This document shows, one piece after another, positions 37,024-46,410 of a stretch of DNA of 64,000 nt. This stretch comes from Myxococcota bacterium (GTDB lineage Bacteria > Myxococcota_A > UBA796 > GCA-2862545). A program made the position numbers and the translations under genes. The notes beneath the pieces were generated by a model that worked only from the letters and a program-made list of their open reading frames with translations, made no database searches and was not told where the DNA came from. The DNA is taken from NCBI GenBank assembly GCA_039208735.1, contig JBCCQY010000040.1:1-64000 (forward strand), in the 5' to 3' direction. Numbering within the stretch: the stretch's first letter is position 1; each line of letters begins with the position of its first letter.

Positions 37024-38732
37024 CAACGCTCTCCGTCGTCGAGCTTCTGCGCACCCGCCAAGCCGAGGCCCAACAGCCCACAGACCATGGCGTTGGCAAC
37101 GAGCCACAGTGTGCCGAAGGCCTGCGACATCCACCAGGGATCGAGCGTGCCCGTGGCCGCGCCATGCAGCAAGTGAGCCCCTACGCCGAGGACGATCCCC
37201 AAAGCGACTGCACGGGTGCTCCGGAAGGCTCCGAACGTGAACGCAATGCCCAAGGGCAAGAGGGCTGAAAGCCACAACGGGAAGTGCACGAACTCCGGCA
37301 TTGCGAAGACAGCCGGAAGCTCGAGGAACGGACGGGTGAGCATTTCGAAGGGTGCGAACTGCGGCAGCGGGAGCCAATCGAGGAAGAACAGGCCACCCGC
37401 GGCCCACCCGGCAAACCCCGCCGAAAGGAGCTGGAAGCGACGACGCGTTACCGCCAACTGGGCGATGAGGAGCGTGAACGCTGCGCCCAAACCGAACAGC
37501 GTGGTGCCGTGCGAATCGACCGCCTTGGTGGCCGCGGCAAGGTCAAGCTGCCCGTGGCCGTACTTCTCGTTCCAGTTGCCATCGCCCTTGGCCGTGTCGA
37601 GGAGAATCCGCTCAACGGCCTCTGGCGACGTGCCCTGCGAAAGCAACACGGCGGCCGCTCCGGCGACGTGAGGGGTCGCCATGGAGGTGCCCTGGAACTC
37701 GGCGTACATCTGCCGGCCCTTGCCATCTACGGTGTTCTGAAGCACGCCACCGCCGCTCTTGCGCTTGTCGCCGCCCGGAGCTGCGATGTCGACGCCCTTG
37801 CCGTAGCTCGAGTACGGAGCGAGCTTGCCGTCGGGACCCGTCGCGGAAACGCCGATGGTCTCTTCAAGGCCCCCTGGGTAGCCGACGCCGCGCCGCGAGC
37901 TGTTCCCCGCCGCTGCGACGACGATGACGCCCTTGGCATGTGCTTTCTTGATCGCGTTGTGGATAACCTTCGAGTAGCCGCCGCCGAGCGACAAGTTGAT
38001 CACGTCGGCGCCTTCATCGACCGCGTAGTCAATGCCCGCGGCGATCCACGATGCGCTACCCATTCCGAAGCGAGAAAGCACCTTCACGGGAAGGATGGTG
38101 GCATTGGGCGCCACGCCAGCAACGCCCACTCCGTTGTTGGTCGTTTGGGCGATGGTCCCGGCCACGTGCGTGCCGTGACCCTGATCATCGGCCGCCGACT
38201 TTGTGCTTGGGTCGAACGACTTCCCGGTCAAGACCTTGGTGCCCTGAAGGTCTTCCACCTTGGTCACGCCCGTGTCGACGACCGCGACGATGACCCCTTT
38301 GCCCCGAGCCGTGCTCGACCAACCCTCGGGAGCTCCCATGGCCAGCAAGTGCCACTGACGGTCGTACATGGGGTCGTTCGGGTAGTTCGTGACTTCGAGA
38401 ATCACTTCGGGCTCGGCCACTTCGACGAGCGGGTGGTTCTCGATGCGAGCCAATGCTTCGGCCACATTGGGAACCCAACCCTCGGCCAATGCCTCGTCGA
38501 TGGACTCAGGATGCGTCCATTCGAGCTGAGCGTTGCCGATTGCCCGTTCGATGGCCATCAGGTCCTGCTCGGTTGCTCCATCCACCAGGTCGACGACGAT
38601 GCCTCCACCCACGGCCTTTGCTTCGGCCGCCTCGGGGATCGGCAACTGTCGCTCGGGCTTGGAGGGCCCCAGCGCAAACACCAGTCCGGCGAGGACGGTG
38701 ATGGCGGCGAGCGTTCGGAACTGTCGGCCCAT
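37023..38732 (-). CDS. S8 subtilisin-like serine peptidase with C-terminal membrane domain
   Basis: VAVVDTG, GHGTHVAGT, AAAGN, GTSMATPHVAG. Signal peptide and several C-terminal TM helices. Confidence 0.95.
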   Translation of the reverse strand: MGRQFRTLAAITVLAGLVFALGPSKPERQLPIPEAAEAKAVGGGIVVDLVDGATEQDLMAIERAIGNAQLEWTHPESIDEALAEGWVPNVAEALARIENHPLVEVAEPEVILEVTNYPNDPMYDRQWHLLAMGAPEGWSSTARGKGVIVAVVDTGVTKVEDLQGTKVLTGKSFDPSTKSAADDQGHGTHVAGTIAQTTNNGVGVAGVAPNATILPVKVLSRFGMGSASWIAAGIDYAVDEGADVINLSLGGGYSKVIHNAIKKAHAKGVIVVAAAGNSSRRGVGYPGGLEETIGVSATGPDGKLAPYSSYGKGVDIAAPGGDKRKSGGGVLQNTVDGKGRQMYAEFQGTSMATPHVAGAAAVLLSQGTSPEAVERILLDTAKGDGNWNEKYGHGQLDLAAATKAVDSHGTTLFGLGAAFTLLIAQLAVTRRRFQLLSAGFAGWAAGGLFFLDWLPLPQFAPFEMLTRPFLELPAVFAMPEFVHFPLWLSALLPLGIAFTFGAFRSTRAVALGIVLGVGAHLLHGAATGTLDPWWMSQAFGTLWLVANAMVCGLLGLGLAGAQKLDDGER

Positions 38733-38859
38733 TCTACCTCCACGGCCGCCACAACGACGGGCAGCCGCCCATGAATCGCCTTGTCATCGTAACGGAGGAA
38801 CCGAACAACGTGTCAATCAGCACAAATCGTGACCGCGGACATGCGGCCGGTAACCGACG

Positions 38860-40722
38860 TTAGCGGCTGATGATCCGAAAGTTTCCGGGAAGCAGTACCA
38901 CGGCGCCTCCGCCCGAAAACACCTGGTCCAGCAATCGCAGTTGCGTGAACTCTTGGACGGAAAGCGGCGACAAAGGAGAACGTGCCAAGGCCTTTACGGC
39001 AACCAAGGGGTCGTCGCGCTGCTCGAGATCTTCGAGGAGCACTTCCACGAACCCCTTCCGTTTTGGCCACTGGGCCCGGCCGACATCGGTGGCTCCCGAA
39101 AGCTCAATGGCCTTTTGAACCGCGGCATCGAGGCCCCCTAGCTCGTCGACGAGCTGCCGTTCGAGTGCTTGCTCACCGGTCCATACCCGTCCCTGAGCGA
39201 CCTCGTGCACGGCCTGCCGGTCGAGTTCCCGACCTTGCGCCACGACATCGAGGAAGCGGTCGTAGAAGTCTTGCAAGAACGTCCGATAGACGGCTCGGCC
39301 TTCCTCGGAGAACGGTTCGGTCACGGAGAATAGATCGGCCAACTCCCCACGCTTGAACGTGGTTTCAGAAACCCCGACCTTGTCATAGGTGCCCGACAGG
39401 TTGAACTTGCCGCCAAAGACGCCAATGGAGCCCGTAATCGTTCCTGGCTGGGCGAACACGTAGTCGGCGGGCGCGGCAATGTAGTAGCCGCCGCTCGCGG
39501 CCGCGTTCCCCATCGAGACGACGACAGGGCGGTCCGTTGCCCGAAAGCGCTCGATTTCCCGCCAAATGAGGTCGGAAGCCAATCCGCTCCCCCCGGGGGA
39601 ATCGATGCGGAGAACCAGGCCCACGACACGCTCGTCCTTGCGGATCTCTCGAAGCCAGGACGCCATGGTTTTGTCGGCGATCACCTGGCCTCCAAAAAGG
39701 CCCCCGTCAGCCGTTCCGCTCACGATGGTGCCGCTTGCCTGGACGACGGCGACAACCTTCTGAGCTGCGCTCCATTCGGCTCGAATGCCCTTGAGGTACT
39801 CCTTTACGGAGGTGAGTTCGACGTTCGCGGGTGCCGCTTCGTCGTCACGAAGGGACGCGGCCCAGCCCTCTTCGCCCAACCGACCGAGGTGTCGCTTGAT
39901 CTGATCGGGGTACGCGAGTGCATCAACGAGGTCACGCTCAAGGGCTTGGTTGGAGGACATTGCCGTTCGATCGACCAGCGCCTGGACCGCTTCGGGCTCC
40001 AAGCCCCGCCCTTCGGCCACCGTGCGCGTCCACTGGTCCCACAACGAGTCGAGAATTGCGTTTGTCGCTTCCGCCGCGGATTCGGAGGGCTCCATGCGCT
40101 CGTAGGGCTCAACGGCGCTCTTGAAGTCACCGACGTGCTCCATTTCAGCTTTTACCCCGATCTTCTCGAACAGCTCAGCGTAATAGGTGGTGCTCGACGC
40201 AAGGCCGGTCACCATGCCGATGCCCGCTGGCGTCAGGACCACCGTGTCGCACGCGCTTGCGAGCAGGTACGAATCCGATGCGTAAGCCTCGGAGTACGCC
40301 ACACAGGGCTTGCCGGCCTCTCGGAGGGCCACGAGCGCGTCGCGAATCTCTTGGGTGCCCGCCCAGCCCAACGACGAACCCTCAATCCAAAGCCACAAGC
40401 CTCGGATTCGGTCGTCAGTCGAGGCCTTTTGGATGGCGATGGCCAGTTCCGTGGTCGTCGGCGGAAACTCCTCGGGGTCGAGAAGGCCGCCCATTTGCGG
40501 TGCGTCTTGCACGCTCGCATCAATGCGAACGGTCAACACACTGTCTTCCTCGACTGTGCCGAGATCGACCGAGCCGGCCAGGTAGAACACGAACGCGAGC
40601 GAGGCGGCAAACAGCAAGGCCCCAAACGCCGTAATGGCGACGAGTGGACCTACGCCCGCGCGGGGTCTCGGAGGCGGCGGAGGGATTGGGGAAGGGGGCT
40701 GGGGCGAAACGTCGTCGGACAT
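38860..40722 (-). CDS. sppA: Signal peptide peptidase SppA (67K type)
   Basis: GDFKSAVEPY, LRIDSPGGS, SMGNAAASGGYY, TITGSIGV, QGRVWTG. Confidence 0.95.
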   Translation of the reverse strand: MSDDVSPQPPSPIPPPPPRPRAGVGPLVAITAFGALLFAASLAFVFYLAGSVDLGTVEEDSVLTVRIDASVQDAPQMGGLLDPEEFPPTTTELAIAIQKASTDDRIRGLWLWIEGSSLGWAGTQEIRDALVALREAGKPCVAYSEAYASDSYLLASACDTVVLTPAGIGMVTGLASSTTYYAELFEKIGVKAEMEHVGDFKSAVEPYERMEPSESAAEATNAILDSLWDQWTRTVAEGRGLEPEAVQALVDRTAMSSNQALERDLVDALAYPDQIKRHLGRLGEEGWAASLRDDEAAPANVELTSVKEYLKGIRAEWSAAQKVVAVVQASGTIVSGTADGGLFGGQVIADKTMASWLREIRKDERVVGLVLRIDSPGGSGLASDLIWREIERFRATDRPVVVSMGNAAASGGYYIAAPADYVFAQPGTITGSIGVFGGKFNLSGTYDKVGVSETTFKRGELADLFSVTEPFSEEGRAVYRTFLQDFYDRFLDVVAQGRELDRQAVHEVAQGRVWTGEQALERQLVDELGGLDAAVQKAIELSGATDVGRAQWPKRKGFVEVLLEDLEQRDDPLVAVKALARSPLSPLSVQEFTQLRLLDQVFSGGGAVVLLPGNFRIISR

Positions 40723-40747
40723 GGTTCCTCGAAGTCTTGCCTGGTCT

Positions 40748-41647
40748 TTATCGTCTCCGACCACCGCCCTGGGCACGCTTGCGCAGGACCTCGCTACGCC
40801 CCTCTTGTCCGGTCGATTCTGGGCTGATGTCGGCGAGCAATTCGCCTACCCTACGACGCTTGCCGCAACTGATGGCCCGCCGCACATCGAACTCTTGGAC
40901 ATGTCGAAAGCCCGACGCCACGGGGTAGATTTCGTCGCGAACGATGGGCAGATCATGGTTCGAGAGAACCACATGGGCCCCTCGGCCCGCCGCCTGGCGA
41001 CTCGAATCGGCCAAAGCCAACTGCTGTTCGTGCCCAAACGGCAGCGCACAGTAGTCGGTGAACCGAGACGTCGCGTCAAGCGGCACATAGGGCGGGTCGC
41101 AATACACTTGGTCGCGCCCCTTCGCGTTCGCGATGACCTCCTCGAACGGAAGCGAACAAAGCTCAGTGCCGGCAAGAAGTTCGGAAACCTGCCGGAAATG
41201 ATCGCGAGAGGGCAATCGAACGGCCTTGTACCGTCCGACGGGGACGTTGTACTTGCCTTTCCGGTTTTCCCGATACAGACCGTTGTATCCGGTGCGATTC
41301 AGCCAGAGGAATCGCGCGGCATGAGCGGGCCCCCGATGCGGGCCTTCGTTGAAGCGCTCTCGAACGTCGTAGTACCGCTCTCGCCAATCGTCGCGAGGCA
41401 TCTCGTCGAGGTGCGCGAAGACCTTGGCCAGATGATCGCGCAGGGCCACATGGACCGCAATGAGCTTCGCGTTTACGTCCGACAGCACCGCTTTTCGAAT
41501 GAGCTTTGCCGCTTTCAGGCGGAGAAACACCGCACCCGATCCCAAAAAGGGTTCGAAATAGGTCCCGCGACACGACTCCCCAAACACGGCAGCGATGCGA
41601 TCCGCGAGTCGGGCTTTGCCGCCCGCCCACTTCAACACGGGTTTCAT
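40748..41647 (-). CDS. dam: Dam-family DNA adenine methyltransferase (orphan)
   Basis: LKWAGGK, EPFLGSGAVF, NRTGYNGLYRENRKGKYNVPVG, YCDPPY, SNHD. Confidence 0.93.
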   Translation of the reverse strand: MKPVLKWAGGKARLADRIAAVFGESCRGTYFEPFLGSGAVFLRLKAAKLIRKAVLSDVNAKLIAVHVALRDHLAKVFAHLDEMPRDDWRERYYDVRERFNEGPHRGPAHAARFLWLNRTGYNGLYRENRKGKYNVPVGRYKAVRLPSRDHFRQVSELLAGTELCSLPFEEVIANAKGRDQVYCDPPYVPLDATSRFTDYCALPFGHEQQLALADSSRQAAGRGAHVVLSNHDLPIVRDEIYPVASGFRHVQEFDVRRAISCGKRRRVGELLADISPESTGQEGRSEVLRKRAQGGGRRR

Positions 41648-41780
41648 CGATCCCTCGACGGGAGGTGGGGTTCGGTTGGAATACGACCATCACGGCCGAA
41701 CAGTTGAGGTCTATCACACCCTTTCGGACAGCAACGAGAAAACCTGCTGCCCATGCGGGGTTCGGCGATCGCAATGCCGA

Positions 41781-41798
41781 CAATCAAGGATTTGATTG
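41781..41798. promoter_or_regulatory. AT-rich palindrome, candidate operator in the divergent dam/41966 intergenic region
   Basis: CAATCAA-GGAT-TTGATTG with perfect 7-bp arms. Confidence 0.4.
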
Positions 41799-41965
41799 AT
41801 GATCGAAGAACCGAGATTAGTGTCGCTCGGGTGGCGCGTTTGGATCGCAAGCGGATCATCGGCTGGGGCAAAGGCCGCACCCCGGTGCACCTCCCATGTC
41901 ACCACCGAAGAGTGGCCTCGGCGTGTCGACACGCAGTAGGGACGAGCCCTGGAGAGAGGTGAGAC

Positions 41966-42535
41966 ATGCAGCGTTGGTGGATTGGCATTGTTGCCGTAGT
42001 TGGCGTAGCCCTTGCATTTTTCTTGTTTCCCCGACCCGATCGGGGCGCCACAGTGGCGCCGAACCCGGACGCGCCGAAGGCCCAGGCTGGGCGAGGTACG
42101 GCGGAAGCGCCACCCCCCGATTTCGGGCCGGCCCGACGAGCCAAGCGCAAAGCGAAAAACGCCGAAAAGCCCCCGGTGGCCCCTGAGGTGATCGCAGCCC
42201 AGGAACGCCTCGCTGAATTGCGGGCCCGCCCGGATGCACAGGCCAGTGCGAAGTTGATCGGCGCTTGGTCGGGGGTCCGCAAAACGCTCATGGAAAGCGA
42301 AGCGCCCGAGGCCGCCGAGTTTGCGGAACGCCTTAAGCAGCCTCTGGGCGACCTGGCGAACTTCCGCCGGAATCCTGAAGAAGGCGTCCCCTTCGAGCAA
42401 ATCCAGGCACCGCTCGACGAGCTACACGAAGAGATCTCGACCTCCCCGTTCGCCAATGAAGGCTTGATCCCGGGCGGCCTGAAGCGTCACCTCGAAACCC
42501 TCGAGGAGCTCAACGCTATGAAGACGGAGAACTGA
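41966..42535 (+). CDS. Hypothetical membrane-anchored protein
   Basis: N-terminal TM helix, Pro/Ala linker, helical domain. GAGGTG RBS. Confidence 0.8.
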   Translation: MQRWWIGIVAVVGVALAFFLFPRPDRGATVAPNPDAPKAQAGRGTAEAPPPDFGPARRAKRKAKNAEKPPVAPEVIAAQERLAELRARPDAQASAKLIGAWSGVRKTLMESEAPEAAEFAERLKQPLGDLANFRRNPEEGVPFEQIQAPLDELHEEISTSPFANEGLIPGGLKRHLETLEELNAMKTEN

Positions 42536-42548
42536 AACGAGGAAACCC

Positions 42549-43808
42549 ATGACTCGTCGAGCCTTCGTCCTGGGCGGACACATCACGCCGTTCATCGGCA
42601 AGCGACACCCCGACTTCGTCTGGAAGAAGCACCCCGACTTCGGCAAGCGGACCAACCCGACCCTTGAGGACTACGTCCAGCAGGCGGTGCAAGGGGCTCT
42701 TGAAGCCACCGGCACACCCGCTGAAATGGTCCAGAAGGCTTGGGTTGGCAACTTCGTTGGGGAACTCTTCAGCAAGCAGGGCCATCTCGGGGCCGCCTTG
42801 GTGGGGGCCGCACCGGCCCTTCGTTTCAAGCCCGTGATGCGGGTCGAAGGCGCCTGCGCATCAGGGGGCCTTGCGTTTGCCAGCGCCCTCGATGCCATTC
42901 GCGCAGGCACCGACGTGACGTTGGTGGCGGGAGTGGAGGTGCAAACCACCGAGAGCGCCCGGACCGGAGGCGATTACCTCGCCCGGGCCTCCCACTACGC
43001 ACGTCAGCGCGAGATCGACGACTTTACGTTTCCCGCGCTGTTCGCGCGACGCGCAAAGGCTTACCTCGAAGGCGGCCGCGGAACGAACCAGGATCTTGGC
43101 CATGTCTCGGTCAAGGCCTACGCGAACGCGAACCGCAATCCGCTCGCGCACATGCAAGCCGCAAAGATGGACCTCGAAACGGCGTCCGCCCCTGGCGACA
43201 AGAACCCGGCGTTCCTGACGAACCCCGAACTGCAGCCCTACATGAAGGTGAGCGATTCCAGCCAAGTCTCGGATGGCGGCGCGGCGCTCATCCTGGTTAG
43301 CGAAGAGGGCCTTGCCAAGCTTGGGAAGACCCCGGCCGACGCCATGGAAGTGCTCGCGCTGCAGCAGGCCACTGACAACCTCTGGGCAGACGGTGATCCT
43401 CTCGTGCTCGAGACGACCCAGCATGCGGTCGGCCAGGTGCTAAGCGAGGCTGGAGTGGCGCTCAAGGAAATCGGCGTCACCGAGGTCCATGATTGCTTTT
43501 CGATCACCGAATTGCTGATGATGGAGGCGATGGGCTTGGCCGAACCGGGGCAGGCCGGAAGCTGGGTCCGCGAAGGCCGCACGACCTTGGAAGGGGATTT
43601 CCCGATCAACACCGGTGGCGGACTCATTGGCTATGGCCACCCTGTGGGGGCCACCGGGGTCAAGCAGATCCTCGAGGTGTGGCGCCAGATGACGGGGCAA
43701 TGCGGGGATTACCAGCTCGCCACGAAGCCCACGACGGGCCTCACCATCAACATGGGCGGTGACGACAAGACGGTCGTGACCACGGTACTGCGGCACGGCG
43801 CGGCCTGA
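42549..43808 (+). CDS. Thiolase, SCP2-type (HDCF loop)
   Basis: VEGACASGG, EVHDCF, GHPVGATG, NMGG. Confidence 0.93.
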   Translation: MTRRAFVLGGHITPFIGKRHPDFVWKKHPDFGKRTNPTLEDYVQQAVQGALEATGTPAEMVQKAWVGNFVGELFSKQGHLGAALVGAAPALRFKPVMRVEGACASGGLAFASALDAIRAGTDVTLVAGVEVQTTESARTGGDYLARASHYARQREIDDFTFPALFARRAKAYLEGGRGTNQDLGHVSVKAYANANRNPLAHMQAAKMDLETASAPGDKNPAFLTNPELQPYMKVSDSSQVSDGGAALILVSEEGLAKLGKTPADAMEVLALQQATDNLWADGDPLVLETTQHAVGQVLSEAGVALKEIGVTEVHDCFSITELLMMEAMGLAEPGQAGSWVREGRTTLEGDFPINTGGGLIGYGHPVGATGVKQILEVWRQMTGQCGDYQLATKPTTGLTINMGGDDKTVVTTVLRHGAA

Positions 43809-43823
43809 CCCTTCTCGGACGGG

Positions 43824-43852
43824 TTGACGCACCGCTTCGCGGTCGCTACTCC
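43824..43852 (+). promoter_or_regulatory. Putative sigma-70-like promoter for the small basic ORF
   Basis: TTGACG-17 bp-TACTCC. The -10 box is imperfect. Confidence 0.35.
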
Positions 43853-43909
43853 ACGCAGGTTCGCCCTCGCTCTCCCCCGAGCGGGGGCTCTGCAATTCAG
43901 GACGACCTC

Positions 43910-44098
43910 ATGGCCACCCTTACGAAGATCACGAAGTTCCGTCGCAAGTTGCGCCGCAAGAAGATGGGCCGCGACCGCAAGGCCCGCGCCCGCAACCAGG
44001 GCACCACGCCGTCATTCCCGGTCCACACGCCCGCTGCCGATGCCAACGCGCCCGCAGCCCAGCTGTCGCCAGCCACGACGGACACGTCCGAAAGCTAG
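43910..44098 (+). CDS. Small highly basic protein (62 aa)
   Basis: MATLTKITKFRRKLRRKKMGRDRKARARNQGTTPSFPVH. AGGA precedes the ATG, codon usage is GC3-rich, and the ORF fills the gap exactly. Confidence 0.75.
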   Translation: MATLTKITKFRRKLRRKKMGRDRKARARNQGTTPSFPVHTPAADANAPAAQLSPATTDTSES

Positions 44099-44101
44099 CG
44101 C

Positions 44102-45112
44102 CTAGTGCGGACGCCCGAGTTCCCGACGGAAAGCGGTGAGCAGGGCGGCCAACGCGAGCTTTCCCGACACAAAGACCTCGAGATCGTCGCGCAACGCCTG
44201 AATGGCATTGGCGAGACGACCAACGCCGTTGGGCCAAAGGCGATCGGCCCAAGCCGAGAGCTGATCCCGAAGGTCCGCGTGGACCATTTCAACCGGCTCC
44301 CCCGTCGCGACCACTGCGGTATCGCGAAGGAGTTCCTCGCCGATTTCGAGCAAGCGCTCCACTTTCGGCGCCCATGCTTGACGTGTGCCTTTGGTGAGCC
44401 GCTCAGCAAAGTCGAACACATCGGGAAATGGGCCATCGATCACGGCGATCAGAGCATCCCGTTGGGCGATCTGTTGCGCGGGATCGGTTCCTGCCAGGGT
44501 TAACGCCCGCCCCGGGCAGCCTTGGGCCCACCGAGCCGCCACCGCAGCATGCGAGATGCCCCGTCCTTTGAGCCACGTCTCGATCTCATCGGTCGGCACG
44601 GTTCCCAAACGCACGCGTTGGCATCGGGACATAATGGTCGGCAACAGAGCCTTTGCGTTGTGCGTGATCACCAGGAACCCCGTCCCGTCCGGAGGTTCCT
44701 CCAGCGTCTTGAGCAGCGCGTTGGCGGCTGGCTCCTGCATGGCTTCCGCAGGATCGACGATCACAAACCGGTGTCGAGCCGAATAGCGGTGGTATTGCGA
44801 TTGGCGGATCACCTCGCGAATCGCCTCGACGGGAATCGATCGGGCGGCCCGGCTGGTGTCGGGTTCCACCCGAATGACGTCCGGATGTCGCCCCGCGAGG
44901 ATGGGCCGGCACGCACCGCACTCTCCGCAATACTCGGCGGGGCCGGGCGGGTTTTGGCAGTTCACCGACAAGGCGAGACGCTCGGCCAATTGCCGCTTGC
45001 CAACGCCCATTGGCCCTTCGATGAGCAGGGCATGGTGAAGCCGTTGGCGTTCGAAGGCGCCATAAAGCCGAGCAAGCACGGCACCGTGGCCAAGCAGAGG
45101 TTCAACGGTCAA
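44102..45112 (-). CDS. holB: DNA polymerase III subunit delta'
   Basis: HHALLIEGPMGVGK, CGECGAC, HPDV, ANALLKTLEEP, SRC. Confidence 0.93.
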   Translation of the reverse strand: MTVEPLLGHGAVLARLYGAFERQRLHHALLIEGPMGVGKRQLAERLALSVNCQNPPGPAEYCGECGACRPILAGRHPDVIRVEPDTSRAARSIPVEAIREVIRQSQYHRYSARHRFVIVDPAEAMQEPAANALLKTLEEPPDGTGFLVITHNAKALLPTIMSRCQRVRLGTVPTDEIETWLKGRGISHAAVAARWAQGCPGRALTLAGTDPAQQIAQRDALIAVIDGPFPDVFDFAERLTKGTRQAWAPKVERLLEIGEELLRDTAVVATGEPVEMVHADLRDQLSAWADRLWPNGVGRLANAIQALRDDLEVFVSGKLALAALLTAFRRELGRPH

Positions 45113-46407
45113 ACAGACGCTCCCGGGTCATCCGTACGGTCCAACTCGCCGGTCCGCACCAAGGCCCGCGCTGCACCTGCTACAAAGAGGCTTCCCGTCA
45201 CGACGGTGAGTTTGGCATCGGCCAGCACATCAGGTAGCGCCTCCTCGATGGGCCCCCCGACCGCGATGACCGGATGGACGCCCTCGAGCGCGTGGGCAAG
45301 TGCCTCCGGATTCCTCGCCCGCGGATGGCGGCCCTGGGTGGTCACGATCTCATCAAAGAGGCCTGCGAGCGGTTCGACGAAGGCCACCGGATCGCGCTGC
45401 GATCCCATGCCCACCAACAAGATGCGGCCGCCAGGTTCGGTGTTCGCTTCGAGGTAGCGGGCAAGCACCCGGGCCCCATCGGGGTTGTGCGCGCCATCCG
45501 CGATCAATCCGGGGCGGAGCTCCTCGATGCGTCCGGGAAGCCAAGCCCGCTCGAGTCCCCGCTGAATGGCCGCCGTGTCGATGACAAAGCCTTGCCGACG
45601 CAGCTGATGCGCCACACCTACGGCGACCATGGCGTTGCTCGCCTGATGCGCTCCCTTGAGCCCGATGTGCACAGGGCCCACGCTGCCCTCAGGGGACGTC
45701 AGAATCAGGCGACCGTCCCGTCGGGCTTCCCGACGGAGGGCAGGTGGGGCCCACAGCGGACACTTCAACCGCTTGGCCACCGCCTCGACCACCGCACGTC
45801 CCTCGGGCGGAAGGGGGCCGGTCACAACCGGAACGGACGACTTGATGATTCCCGCCTTCTCGCCTGCAATGCTCGCGATATCGGGCCCGAGTTGAGCCAT
45901 GTGGTCGAGCCCAAGGTGGGTGATGACCGCGCAGATGGGCCGAACCACGTTGGTCGCATCGAGGCGCCCGCCCAGTCCCACTTCGATGACCTGCACGTCC
46001 ACCTGGCGGCGCGCGAAGACGTAGAACGCAGCTGCGGTCACCAGCTCGAAGTAGGTGAGGACCGCATCCTCGAGACCCGCATCGATCGCGAGCTGGTCGC
46101 GGGTGCGGGCAATGTGGTCGAGGGCTTCGCCGAGTGAAGCATCGTCGATGGGCACACCATCAATGAGGATCCGTTCGTTCAGGGCCTCGACATGGGGCGA
46201 CATTGTCGTGCCGACCCGGTAGCCCGCCTCCATCAGGATGGCGGTCACCATGGCACAGACGCTGCCCTTGCCATTGGTCCCCGCCACGTGCACGACGGGG
46301 GCGACGAGGTGCGGCTCATCAAGCAACGAAAGGAACTGGCGCATGCGTTCGAGCCCGAGCTTCACGCCAAACATGGCCGCGCGCTCGAGCACGGGGTGTT
46401 GCAACAC
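45109..46407 (-). CDS. folC: Folylpolyglutamate synthase/dihydrofolate synthase
   Basis: HVAGTNGKGS, TYFE, EVGLGGRLDATNV, EKAGIIK, DGAHNP, TGSLF. Confidence 0.96.
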   Translation of the reverse strand: MLQHPVLERAAMFGVKLGLERMRQFLSLLDEPHLVAPVVHVAGTNGKGSVCAMVTAILMEAGYRVGTTMSPHVEALNERILIDGVPIDDASLGEALDHIARTRDQLAIDAGLEDAVLTYFELVTAAAFYVFARRQVDVQVIEVGLGGRLDATNVVRPICAVITHLGLDHMAQLGPDIASIAGEKAGIIKSSVPVVTGPLPPEGRAVVEAVAKRLKCPLWAPPALRREARRDGRLILTSPEGSVGPVHIGLKGAHQASNAMVAVGVAHQLRRQGFVIDTAAIQRGLERAWLPGRIEELRPGLIADGAHNPDGARVLARYLEANTEPGGRILLVGMGSQRDPVAFVEPLAGLFDEIVTTQGRHPRARNPEALAHALEGVHPVIAVGGPIEEALPDVLADAKLTVVTGSLFVAGAARALVRTGELDRTDDPGASV

Positions 46408-46410
46408 GGA

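Noticed and set aside
37284..38774. Long plus-strand ORF (496 aa); similar cases at 17207-18532, 51227-52525 and 61834-63612
   Set aside because: Each lies opposite a motif-supported gene. Long antisense ORFs are expected with high GC3 codon bias.
38786..38816. TTGACA-N19-TACGAT upstream of the S8 gene as a MerR-type promoter
   Set aside because: The 19-bp spacer has no dyad symmetry and there is no MerR gene nearby. It may still be a weak promoter.
41783..41796. ATCAA-N4-TTGAT as an FNR box
   Set aside because: The half-sites are in the opposite order to the FNR consensus TTGAT-N4-ATCAA.
42597..42650. Short direct repeat CACCCCGACTTC in the thiolase gene
   Set aside because: Only two copies, coding for HPDF twice. 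Not a CRISPR or mobile-element repeat.
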